A DNA stretch of 20,000 nt from an uncultured virus (IMG/VR IMGVR_UViG_3300016649_000564) (Duplodnaviria; Heunggongvirae; Uroviricota; Caudoviricetes): the IMG/VR virus record IMGVR_UViG_3300016649_000564; one strand, written 5' to 3'. A program made the position numbers and the translations under genes. This document shows, one piece after another, positions 1 to 8,190 of this stretch. The notes below the pieces were generated by a model, which saw only the letters and a list, made by a program, of their open reading frames with translations, made no database searches and was not told the DNA's origin. Every line of letters begins with the position of its first letter. Within the stretch, counting starts at the first letter, position 1.

Positions 1-505
1 GCGTTTTATTCGGCGGCAAAACTGAAATAATTGCGTCATCAACATATTGCCGAGTCGCCAACACCACTGACGGATCGATCTTCACCACGATATTCGCGGT
101 GCTTGTGACGACGAAGTTCATGCGAATAACTTGAGTCTTGCCGGTACCCTGGGCCAGCAATGGCTTGAAGCTAGGCGCACAGTTGGCCACGGCCACCATA
201 TCGCCATCGGCGTCATACAGTCCGATCTCTCTGATCCATTTCCCCCCAACGTCAGCAGGTATCACCTGCTCCGTGATGATGATGTTAGGGTTTGCAGGAT
301 CCGGCCGAACTTGATTGACTGGGGCCCGACGCCACTCGTTGATCAGTTTAGTTTGAGTTCGGCTTGGGATAGCGTCCGTATTGTTTGCGTCGCCAACTCC
401 CATTTGCGTAAACGTCCAAGGAACGCCGAGCGCGGTTGCGTTTGCCTGCTTCGCCTCTCCCACAGCCGTGAGAATTGCGAAAAACTGGCTATTTTGATCA
501 ATCAT
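1..505 (-). CDS. Tail fibre protein, N-terminal part (P2 gpH / R-pyocin fibre type, DUF3751-like); truncated by window edge
   Basis: Not in the ORF track because it has no stop in the window. Manual translation from ATG at 505 gives MIDQNSQFFAILTAVGEAKQANATALGVPW...EQVIPADVGGKWIREIGLYDADGDMVAVANCAPSFKPLLAQG...KIDPSVVLATRQYVD, the typical P2-like fibre N-terminus. ATGA overlap with the gpI stop. Confidence 0.92.
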   Translation of the reverse strand, partial: MIDQNSQFFAILTAVGEAKQANATALGVPWTFTQMGVGDANNTDAIPSRTQTKLINEWRRAPVNQVRPDPANPNIIITEQVIPADVGGKWIREIGLYDADGDMVAVANCAPSFKPLLAQGTGKTQVIRMNFVVTSTANIVVKIDPSVVLATRQYVDDAIISVLPPNKT

Positions 506-1107
506 GGATACACGTCCAGGGTGTCTATTTCATCAATACACATGACCAGCCCAAAGGAACCGGTCACCTCGATATCACGGGTAGCAGGTGGGTAAACGTC
601 GATCACTTCACCCTCATCGATAAAAGCCCCGATATGGATATAGCCGGTGCTTTCCAGGCTGATGGCCAGGCCGGTCATATGACGGCTAACAGGCTTGGCG
701 TCATCAATAAGGCGGGTCAGCTCCTGATACATTTCCTCGGTAATGCCGGTGTCCAACACACCGACCTTCAGCGCGAAAGTTCCCGGCACCCCGGCCGGAA
801 TCGTCTGCCACCACTCCATGACTTCGATCAGATACCCAAGCGGTTCAACCACACGGCGCAGCGCGCCAATGGTGCCTTTGTGCTTGTGGATGTAATACGC
901 AGCCTTGATTGCGGCGCGCTTGGTTGCTTCGCTCCACCGATAGTCCCAACGGTCGACAGACCAGGCCCACGCCAGGTGCAGCAGCAAATGAGCCGGGCAT
1001 GTGTCGGCGTTGTAGAGCGTCCGAAGCGGCACTACGGTTTTTTCAAAAAACGCCGCCTCCAGGGCACGTTCCAATTGCGTGCTGTTACTGGGAAGTAGGC
1101 TATTCAT
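502..1107 (-). CDS. gpI: Baseplate/tail protein I (P2 gpI family)
   Basis: SLLPSNSTQLERAL...TCPAHLLLHLAWAWSVDRWD...HKHKGTIGALRR...KPVSRH motifs of Tail_P2_I; lies between J and the fibre. Confidence 0.95.
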   Translation of the reverse strand: MNSLLPSNSTQLERALEAAFFEKTVVPLRTLYNADTCPAHLLLHLAWAWSVDRWDYRWSEATKRAAIKAAYYIHKHKGTIGALRRVVEPLGYLIEVMEWWQTIPAGVPGTFALKVGVLDTGITEEMYQELTRLIDDAKPVSRHMTGLAISLESTGYIHIGAFIDEGEVIDVYPPATRDIEVTGSFGLVMCIDEIDTLDVYP

Positions 1108-1108
1108 A

Positions 1109-1990
1109 TCAGTCCGCCAACTTCACGCTATAACCGGTGCAATAAGCGGCTTGAGCCTTTGTAGGCGCCAAATCGACCCAGCCAGGCAGCTCAACCCGGG
1201 AAACACCAGCAACGTGCAACTGAGCGTCAATCGCAGAACGCGCCACCTCAACCCCCAACCGCCTACGCGGGTTGATCCAGGCCGCCAGCCGGCTTGTCGC
1301 TTCGGCCAGACTGGCATCACCTTCTGGCCCTGCGCTGTTCATATGAAGGATGGCGTCAATCCGATAGGGGATAATTTGCGCGCCTTGCACTGTTACCCGA
1401 TCACCGAGTGGTCGCACATCTTCTTCATTGAGCGCGGCCGCTACCGTTGCCAGCAGCGCCGGCGTAGCCGTTCCGTCACCCTCTGTACTCAGCACCGTTA
1501 CGGTAACGCAGGCCGGCGCGGGACTTTCCGCAGTAGCGTCCCTTACCAATCCAGAGGCATTGCGCGCGTGTAATTTGTAACTGTTACGAGGGCCGGCCGT
1601 GGTCAACCCCTCGTAGGACAGCTGTATGCGCTCGCGGAATGAGTCGTCGTCTTCAAGCACTTGCGGCACGGGCGGCACCGCCAGCAGATTCTCGGGCTGG
1701 ACTACCAGACGTTTCAGATTAACGTTTGCGCCAAGCTGATCGAGGTCGCCACGTATGGCGTGAGCCAACAGTAGCGCCTTGCAAGCATCATTAACCCTGG
1801 CGCGGTTGCCTACCTTGTTATAGGCCCCGACCTCCAGAACTTTGGTAACCGGATCGCTTTCAAGGGCGGCCGTCCAGTTGTCGCCCATGTAGTCGCGAAA
1901 CGCCGCCAAGCCCTCGCCGTAAACTTCTTCGAAGTCCAGCGGCTCAAGCACCTCCGGCGCAGGTAGGGCCGACAAGTCCACGATGCTCAT
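1109..1990 (-). CDS. gpJ: Baseplate assembly protein J (P2 gpJ family)
   Basis: IVDLSALPAPEVLEPLDFE, LESDP, EGLTTAGPRNSY, VRPLGDRVTV motifs; 293 aa; synteny. Confidence 0.95.
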   Translation of the reverse strand: MSIVDLSALPAPEVLEPLDFEEVYGEGLAAFRDYMGDNWTAALESDPVTKVLEVGAYNKVGNRARVNDACKALLLAHAIRGDLDQLGANVNLKRLVVQPENLLAVPPVPQVLEDDDSFRERIQLSYEGLTTAGPRNSYKLHARNASGLVRDATAESPAPACVTVTVLSTEGDGTATPALLATVAAALNEEDVRPLGDRVTVQGAQIIPYRIDAILHMNSAGPEGDASLAEATSRLAAWINPRRRLGVEVARSAIDAQLHVAGVSRVELPGWVDLAPTKAQAAYCTGYSVKLAD

Positions 1991-2313
1991 ACGCTTACCT
2001 CCAAGACAAAGCTGTCACCCAGGTACTCACCGGCAACGCTTATGTTTATTTTCCCGTCCAGCAACGACAACGCCTTCACGCGCTCAAGCTTAAAACGCGG
2101 CTCATTACGCCCGAGGGCCCTGGCAGCCTCGGCCTGTACCGCGCTTTTCCAGCCAGCGTTGATAGGCAAGTCAACGAAAAGGCGTAGCTTGCTGCCATAT
2201 TCCGGCCGCTGCCGGCGACTACCCAGCGGGGTACTCAAGATGTCTGCGATGGATTGCCGCAAGTGCTCGATGCCGGATATGGGCTGCCCGGTGTGGCGAT
2301 CCATTCCGATCAT
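1987..2313 (-). CDS. Baseplate wedge protein (P2 gpW / T4 gp25 family)
   Basis: MIGMDRHTG...HLRQSIADILSTPLGSR..RPEYGS..EPR motif of the GPW_gp25 family. Confidence 0.93.
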   Translation of the reverse strand: MIGMDRHTGQPISGIEHLRQSIADILSTPLGSRRQRPEYGSKLRLFVDLPINAGWKSAVQAEAARALGRNEPRFKLERVKALSLLDGKINISVAGEYLGDSFVLEVSV

Positions 2314-2318
2314 CTGGT

Positions 2319-2540
2319 TTAGCCCTCCTGGGGAGCGTATTCGCTATGAGCCTTCAAGAAGGCGACCGCCTCTTTATCGGACGCGGGCACCACAACTAGG
2401 TGCTTGGCCACCGGGTAAGTACGATCAGTACCAGGCACAACCAGCGTACGCGACGTGTAGACCAGATCGCGGAATGTCAGCGACGCTTGCGCGTCCAGGG
2501 TTTGAGGTTCGATTACGGACTTCTCGATGATCTTGGCCAT
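2319..2540 (-). CDS. Small hypothetical phage protein (about 73 aa, MAKIIEK...)
   Basis: ORF fills the V-W gap; GGAGA Shine-Dalgarno before ATG at 2540 favours this start over 2555. Confidence 0.7.
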   Translation of the reverse strand: MAKIIEKSVIEPQTLDAQASLTFRDLVYTSRTLVVPGTDRTYPVAKHLVVVPASDKEAVAFLKAHSEYAPQEG

Positions 2541-2555
2541 GGTTTCTCCGGGCAC

Positions 2556-2581
2556 AAAAAAGCCCGCACGCAGCGGGCTTT
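2556..2581 (-). terminator. Intrinsic terminator downstream of the baseplate spike gene
   Basis: Minus strand AAGCCCGC-TGCGT-GCGGGCTT followed by TTTT. Confidence 0.8.
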
Positions 2582-2593
2582 AGATTGATAGGG

Positions 2594-3151
2594 TTAATGC
2601 TTATGGTTGGCGGTGTTGCCGAGCGTGTCCATGATCGCGCCGAGCCCTTTGATATTGCCCGTAACGAGCAACGGGCCATCGATTTTGACAGAGCCAATAA
2701 GCCCAATCTCACCCGCCGTTACGGTAACGGCGCTGTCTGTCACTACGGCTGAAGCACCACCGACCGATATGGACACAGTGCCGCTAGGAAGCGTGATGCT
2801 GTACGTCTTGGCCTTCCAGTCGTAAACCAGCGAACCGCCATCATCAAAACGCCATACCTCTACATGGTCTCGGTTATCCGGCTGCCCACCGGCATTACCG
2901 TACAGCCCGGGAATAAACGTGCCCATGCCCGCCTGGCCGCTTGGATTAAACAAAACCCCCTGCTCGCCCAGGCTTGGCGCACGCCAGTGCCGCGCCTTAC
3001 CGGCCGCCAGGCTATGCCAGCGCACCCAGGCGCTCGTCCATTCGCCATTACTGACACGCACCGCCGGCGCCGCCAGATCCACACCGACCACCACACAGGG
3101 CATCAGCATGGCGGCGATCATGCGGTCATGTTCCGCGCTCGCGTAGCTCAC
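2594..3151 (-). CDS. gpV: Baseplate spike protein V (P2 gpV family)
   Basis: W..W....AG....WRAPSLGEQ....PSG, FDDGG..YD motifs; C-terminal HxH (NHKH) metal-binding tip. Confidence 0.93.
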   Translation of the reverse strand: MSYASAEHDRMIAAMLMPCVVVGVDLAAPAVRVSNGEWTSAWVRWHSLAAGKARHWRAPSLGEQGVLFNPSGQAGMGTFIPGLYGNAGGQPDNRDHVEVWRFDDGGSLVYDWKAKTYSITLPSGTVSISVGGASAVVTDSAVTVTAGEIGLIGSVKIDGPLLVTGNIKGLGAIMDTLGNTANHKH

Positions 3152-3660
3152 GGCAGTTCCTCGGGCGGGAAAAACTCACCTTTCGTGTCGTCGTTGAAAC
3201 CGAACATAAGTGAGCCAGACGGCTCATCTGGCCAAGGCCAATCTAATTCACCGATTTCAAAAGGCTGAACCCACTGGACCGACCACATGACAAACTGTTC
3301 TAGTTCTTGCGTAGGAGCCTCTGGCTGCGCGTGGACTTGCTCCGGCGGGCCGGTGACAAAATCCACATCCCACCATTGATTCTTTAGCACCGTCATCAAC
3401 TGGCCAGCCAAGATAGCGGCCTGGAGCGATGCCTTGGGCCGGTCTGCCTCAACCAGAATGCAGGATTGGAAACGACCAATGATCGCCGTCTTCCCCTCTC
3501 CCCGATCCTGGCCCGGAGCCATATCAGTGATCCCGTACAACAACGCCGGCGTCATAACCTCGGCGCCCAGCTCCGGGAACTGTTCAACATGCACAACCCG
3601 GGGCATCTGTTCGCTAATTATGCGAGTGATCGCATCATGTAATGTCGTCAGTTCGCTCAT
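3148..3660 (-). CDS. Putative tail terminator / tail completion protein
   Basis: 170 aa acidic protein between the head-tail joining gene and baseplate V, with coupled overlaps; function inferred from position. Confidence 0.6.
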   Translation of the reverse strand: MSELTTLHDAITRIISEQMPRVVHVEQFPELGAEVMTPALLYGITDMAPGQDRGEGKTAIIGRFQSCILVEADRPKASLQAAILAGQLMTVLKNQWWDVDFVTGPPEQVHAQPEAPTQELEQFVMWSVQWVQPFEIGELDWPWPDEPSGSLMFGFNDDTKGEFFPPEELP

Positions 3661-4015
3661 TGGATACGCTCAACACCAGGTCGACCATGCCGGAACCATC
3701 GGGCTTCAGACGGACAACCTTGTAACGGCCACCGCCCAACAGGGTCGGCAGCTCAATGGTTAAATGATCGCCCTTCTTAACGCCTTGCACGTCAACCACT
3801 CGCACAGTCAGGGTGGGCTCTAACACCTCATCGGCATTGATTGCCCCGCCCAGGCGTGCGGCTCCGGTTTTCCCACCGCCGATTTCGGCGCCGACAAAAG
3901 GGGAAGCAAACGCACCGAAGACTCCACGACCATCTGCCAGCGTCGCCGGATCGCCCAGGCGTTCCACCGCCAGGGCGTCCATGCGATCAGCCAGGGCACG
4001 AAAGCCACCGGCCAT
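3635..4015 (-). CDS. Head-tail joining / head closure protein (lambda gpFII-like)
   Basis: About 126 aa, beta-rich, ending KKGDHLTI...YKVVRLKPDGSGMVDLVL; position after capsid accessory gene. Confidence 0.7.
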   Translation of the reverse strand: MAGGFRALADRMDALAVERLGDPATLADGRGVFGAFASPFVGAEIGGGKTGAARLGGAINADEVLEPTLTVRVVDVQGVKKGDHLTIELPTLLGGGRYKVVRLKPDGSGMVDLVLSVSNERTDDIT

Positions 4016-4329
4016 TACTGGATCAACAGCGCTTCAGCGAAACCGCCAGAAGCGTCAGTGAGCAGCTTGCCGAACGGCACAGCGTCCGCAGTGCCATCAG
4101 CGACCAACACACCGGCCAACACGCTGACCTTGGCGCCCGCTTTAAGCGCACCGGTGACCGGCAGCACCCAGGATTCCCCCAGGCGGCCGGTAAAGGGCTG
4201 GCCTTTTACCGTGTCTTCCAACGGGATCACCACCAGAGCGTTGATCGCCACAGGTACGCCGGCTTTGGTGCCGCCAGTAGGGGAAACAAAGGTGCAGGAC
4301 TGGCCGGCACCCGCATAATTCTTAGACAT
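4015..4329 (-). CDS. Capsid cement / decoration protein (DUF2190-like)
   Basis: MSKNYAGAGQ start, 104 aa Gly/Ala-rich, directly after the capsid gene, as is usual in ClpP-capsid fusion phages. Confidence 0.75.
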   Translation of the reverse strand: MSKNYAGAGQSCTFVSPTGGTKAGVPVAINALVVIPLEDTVKGQPFTGRLGESWVLPVTGALKAGAKVSVLAGVLVADGTADAVPFGKLLTDASGGFAEALLIQ

Positions 4330-4349
4330 CGCTCAATTCTCCAGAACGC

Positions 4350-4380
4350 AAAAACAACAAACCCCGCACTAGGCGGGGTT
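4350..4380 (-). terminator. Intrinsic terminator after the major capsid gene
   Basis: Minus strand AACCCCGC-CTAGT-GCGGGGTT then TGTTGTTTTT. Confidence 0.75.
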
Positions 4381-4395
4381 ATCAGGGACAGCGGT

Positions 4396-6489
4396 TTACT
4401 TGCCAGCGGCGCTGTAAAGGCCACGGTAGTCGGCAGGCGCTACGCCTGCGTCGATACGCACCTTGCTGGCCACGCCGTCGACGCTGAAGCCGTTTTGCTG
4501 CTCCACGTACGGGGTATCAATGCCATTGAGGTAGGCCACTTCGATGGTGTCGCTACCCTGCTTAGCAGCCATGTACCAGGCCGTCGCCGACGCATCATCA
4601 AGACGCGGCTCACCGATCACTTTGGCAAAGCCGCGGATCGGGTTGATGATGCCAGAGTTAGCATCAGCGCCAGGAACAGAGGCCGAGTTGATAATTTGGT
4701 TGGCCTTGTCTTCCAGGGCCACCGGGGTCAGCACGTAGGCTGGGCGAATGTTCAAGGTGCGAGGCTTGCCACCCTCAACCTGGGTTTTTTGCGAGGCCAT
4801 TGCAGTTTTACCAGCGATCAAGCTGGCAATGGACAGCTCAGAGGCCGGACCGGCTGCGTTATTTTTGCGCGAAGCATCAAACAACGACTTACCGTCGCGC
4901 ATCTTCGGCGGACTGGTCAGCACCGCGTAGACCAAATCGCCGATGGTCGCGCGCGCTGCCTGGCCCATCTTGTACGGCACGTCACTCAACAACGACAGAT
5001 CGTCGTTGATGATCGCCTGACGGGTGATCGAAAACAGCTCGCCGTAGGTGGCCAGCGTGATCGGCTCGCCACGATCACTCAGGGTGATGTGCTTGTACTC
5101 TGCGCCCGGCCGCACTTCGCGCAAGCTCGGGAACTCGCCAAGGCCGACCCGCGAAGACGTTTTGAAGTCGCTCAACTGGCCTTTTTTGGTCCAGAGCTGG
5201 AACGTCTCGGGGGCTTCTTCCCAGCCGGTCAAAACCGACTTTCCGGCAATATCCAACAGGATTTGCCCGAAGTCGCTGGAGCTGTGAGTGAAGGCCAGGC
5301 CGACCATCTGCATCGGATTGAGCGTGGCTACCAGAATGCCGCGCTCGGTCAGCGAGGCGCGCGCCAATTCGTTCAGGCGCATATGGTTGAGCCCGTTACT
5401 GGCTTCGATTTGGGCAATGCCGATACGCGCTTCCAAGGAAGCACGCACCGAATCACCAACCAGATTGCCGTTGGAAATATGACCGTGCAGCCCCGGGATA
5501 TTGGAAGGCGTGGTCTGCTCACCCAACTTAGCCAACAACTGCGCCCGGGCACTTTCAACAGTGCAGGACATATCAGCTACGCAAGCCTGCAACAGCTCAG
5601 CATGAGCCGTCGCAAAACCGCCGAAAGCGGTAGTGATGCCGGTGCGGCGCACGCCTTCCTCGGCAATGACCTGGGCGCGAATCTGATCAGCCGACAAGGA
5701 GTTTGCCGGGGCAGGCGCGGGTGCTGGAGCTGGAGCTGGAGCCGGGGCAGGCACTTGGTTACGCGGATTCATCAGGCTGTTAAAAGCTTCTGGCGGCATG
5801 TGTTCAAACTCCTGCATGCGTTTCGATTTGAGTTGTGCGGCAGCTACCAGTGGGTCAATCAACTGATCAGCAAAGCCGGCTGCCACCGCCTCGCTGCCAT
5901 CCATCCATGTTTCATCCCTCAACAGCGCGTGGATTTCTTCCGCGCTCTTGCCGGTCTTGCTGACGTAGGCCTGCACCAACGTTCCTTCAACCTTGTCGAG
6001 CAGGTCGGCATAGCGGCGCATGTCGTCCGCGTCACCGCCCTGCGCGCCCCAGGGCTTGTGGATCATCATCATTGCGTTCGCCGGCATGTACACCTTGTCA
6101 CCCGCCATCGCGATCACGCTGGCCATGGAAGCCGCCAAGCCGTCGATGTACACATCTACGCGGGCCGGGTGGGCTTTGAGCGTGTTGTAAATCGCCATGC
6201 CGGCAAACACATCACCACCGGGCGAATGAATACGCAGATTGATTTGTGACACGTCACCACAGGCCGCCAGATCCTGGGCGAACTGCTTGGCGGTGATGCC
6301 CCACCCGCCGATCTCGTCATACAGCAGAATCTCAACACTGCCGCGCGCCATGGCGCGCATCGAGTACCAACTTTCCACTGGCTGGTTCGCCGCTGTAATC
6401 ACGGACGAAACCGACGACTGAACCGACGCCCTGGGCATCTTCAGTGGCGGCGCTTCACGCTTTCTCTTTTTCGTTTGATAGGTCTGCAT
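4396..6489 (-). CDS. ClpP-like (S14) prohead protease / major capsid protein fusion
   Basis: N-terminal IHSPGGDVF, DGLAASMASVIAMAGD, MMIHKP, ETW motifs; Pro/Ala linker; C-terminal capsid with FTHSSSDF, DFK, TYGELFSITRQAIINDD, KVRIDAGV..DYRGL. Start codon uncertain (6489 or 6438). Confidence 0.93.
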   Translation of the reverse strand: MQTYQTKKRKREAPPLKMPRASVQSSVSSVITAANQPVESWYSMRAMARGSVEILLYDEIGGWGITAKQFAQDLAACGDVSQINLRIHSPGGDVFAGMAIYNTLKAHPARVDVYIDGLAASMASVIAMAGDKVYMPANAMMMIHKPWGAQGGDADDMRRYADLLDKVEGTLVQAYVSKTGKSAEEIHALLRDETWMDGSEAVAAGFADQLIDPLVAAAQLKSKRMQEFEHMPPEAFNSLMNPRNQVPAPAPAPAPAPAPAPANSLSADQIRAQVIAEEGVRRTGITTAFGGFATAHAELLQACVADMSCTVESARAQLLAKLGEQTTPSNIPGLHGHISNGNLVGDSVRASLEARIGIAQIEASNGLNHMRLNELARASLTERGILVATLNPMQMVGLAFTHSSSDFGQILLDIAGKSVLTGWEEAPETFQLWTKKGQLSDFKTSSRVGLGEFPSLREVRPGAEYKHITLSDRGEPITLATYGELFSITRQAIINDDLSLLSDVPYKMGQAARATIGDLVYAVLTSPPKMRDGKSLFDASRKNNAAGPASELSIASLIAGKTAMASQKTQVEGGKPRTLNIRPAYVLTPVALEDKANQIINSASVPGADANSGIINPIRGFAKVIGEPRLDDASATAWYMAAKQGSDTIEVAYLNGIDTPYVEQQNGFSVDGVASKVRIDAGVAPADYRGLYSAAGK
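5706..5752. repeat. Low-complexity (Pro-Ala)n coding repeat, including tandem GCTGGA
   Basis: Encodes PAPAPAPAPAPAPAPA between the protease and scaffold/capsid parts. Confidence 0.8.
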
Positions 6490-7981
6490 TGACGGTCACT
6501 TTCCCGTAGAACTTGTGATAGGCGTCAGAGCTGAACACCAGCCCTTTCGCCCGGTTGTTTTCGATTTCCGCCTGACGCGAACGCTTAAGCTCTTGCGGGT
6601 TTCGCCCACGCGCTCGCGCCACTTCGGCCTCATCGGCAAAACCGCCCTGTACCAGCGCATCCCAGGCGTTCGCCTCATGCACCGGGTTAATCCAGGGCAT
6701 CACCGGCCCCTGATAAACCGCGCTGTACACCGAATCCACGTTTACGTCGCCAGGCGGCACAAGTACGCCGCTGACCAACGCCATTTCGACAAAGGCCCGG
6801 TAAACCTTGCGCGACCAGTAGTCGATGAATTCGTGCTGCAGCAGGTCATAACCCAATTGCGACTCCACCAGCTCCTGGCGCTGGGCCGAGTACGTGCCTG
6901 TGTAACTGCGCGTCGCCGTGGAGTAGCCAATGCGCGTACCGGCCGCAACCGCACGCAACTGACCGTTGCGGAAACTCTCCACAAACTGGCTGGGCCGGTT
7001 GCTTTCGATCATCCCCACGTCTTCGCCGGGCAGCAGCCCGTCAAACACCATGCCTGGGGCAATCGGAATACTTCGGGCACCGGTGGCCTGGCCGTCCTTG
7101 CCGGCAGTCGTAGGCGCAACCACATAGTCGTCGGTTGAGCCCTTCTTAATGAACATCGCCAGGGCTGCGCTGATACGGGCGGCAACGCGCTCGCTTTCTT
7201 CGTAGTCCTTGATGTCCGCCAAGCGCGTCAACACGGCGTGCAACAGAGGCTGGCCCCTGTTCTGCCCAATTCGCTTGCGATACGCGATGTGCAACATCCG
7301 ATCAGCCGGCACGAACTTGGTATCCACCGACATGCTGAAACCCAAAGCACTGCCGGGGTGACGTTTCAGCAGGTTGTATCCGACGACGCGGCGCCAGGCG
7401 TCGCGTGTGATGCCCTGGCAAATCCCTTTCGATTCGTCGTTGTAGCTCCAGGGCAGGTAATCCGGCTCCAGCAACTCCAGGGTGAAAGGCACTTTGTGCA
7501 AGTGTTTGAAGTTGGCCACCTTGCCAAACAACTGCTGGGCCAGCGCCTCACCATCACGCAGCCAGGTGCGGCACACCAGGCGCTCCATTTGCGCCCGGGT
7601 TAGCTCTCCCGAGGTTTCCGGCCGCAAGGACCACTCGGCCCACAGGTCTTTGATTTGCGCCGCGAACTCCAGGTGAATATTGCCCGCGTGATCCAGGGGC
7701 AGCGGCTCCACCGCGATCCCAGCGCCACCCACTACCCGTTCTTCCAACCGGTCGAAAACACCCGTCACCAGGTCGTGATCTTCGTCCAACTTTCGAGCCT
7801 GGCCGCGCAACGATTCCGCGTCGCGCTGCAACGAGCTGTCAGCGCTACGCGTTTGTCGCTTCGCCTTGTGTGTGCGCGTGACCTCAGCAGCCTCAAAGGC
7901 TTGGATTCCGCTACGTGCCGCCAGACGCCGCAATCCAGCGCCTGGGCTAACCGCTGCAATGCAGCGGTCTAGGAAGTTCAA
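6455..7981 (-). CDS. Portal protein, lambda gpB family
   Basis: R.GQ.RG.PLL, YEESERVAARISA, LLPGED, YSAQRQELVE, MPWINPVHEA motifs. Confidence 0.95.
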   Translation of the reverse strand: MNFLDRCIAAVSPGAGLRRLAARSGIQAFEAAEVTRTHKAKRQTRSADSSLQRDAESLRGQARKLDEDHDLVTGVFDRLEERVVGGAGIAVEPLPLDHAGNIHLEFAAQIKDLWAEWSLRPETSGELTRAQMERLVCRTWLRDGEALAQQLFGKVANFKHLHKVPFTLELLEPDYLPWSYNDESKGICQGITRDAWRRVVGYNLLKRHPGSALGFSMSVDTKFVPADRMLHIAYRKRIGQNRGQPLLHAVLTRLADIKDYEESERVAARISAALAMFIKKGSTDDYVVAPTTAGKDGQATGARSIPIAPGMVFDGLLPGEDVGMIESNRPSQFVESFRNGQLRAVAAGTRIGYSTATRSYTGTYSAQRQELVESQLGYDLLQHEFIDYWSRKVYRAFVEMALVSGVLVPPGDVNVDSVYSAVYQGPVMPWINPVHEANAWDALVQGGFADEAEVARARGRNPQELKRSRQAEIENNRAKGLVFSSDAYHKFYGKVTVNADLSNEKEKA

Positions 7982-8190
7982 CGGAACTCAGCCAGGGCAT
8001 AACCCGGACTGCCTTGCGCGGCGGCGCGCTGGGCGCTTACCCGGCGCTCCCATTCGCGTCGTCCTGCTTGGATTTGCGGCAGCTCTGCCATGGTGTGGGT
8101 GCGACCATTAAAAATGGTCGTTTTGCCCAGCAGAATGGCGGCCTCTGCCTCCAGATACTTGTCCAGCATCTCCTGCGCGTTTATAGCCAT
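7978..8190 (-). CDS. Head-tail adaptor (lambda gpW-like)
   Basis: 70 aa between TerL and portal; YLEAEAAILLGK...NGRTHTMAEL..I..GR.EWERR pattern. Confidence 0.8.
   Translation of the reverse strand: MAINAQEMLDKYLEAEAAILLGKTTIFNGRTHTMAELPQIQAGRREWERRVSAQRAAAQGSPGYALAEFR

Noticed and set aside
131..1573. Plus-strand ORFs of 154, 207 and 164 aa over the fibre, I and J genes
   Set aside because: Antisense to well-supported structural genes
3841..6249. 802-aa plus-strand ORF
   Set aside because: Antisense shadow of the GC-rich capsid gene; no recognisable motifs
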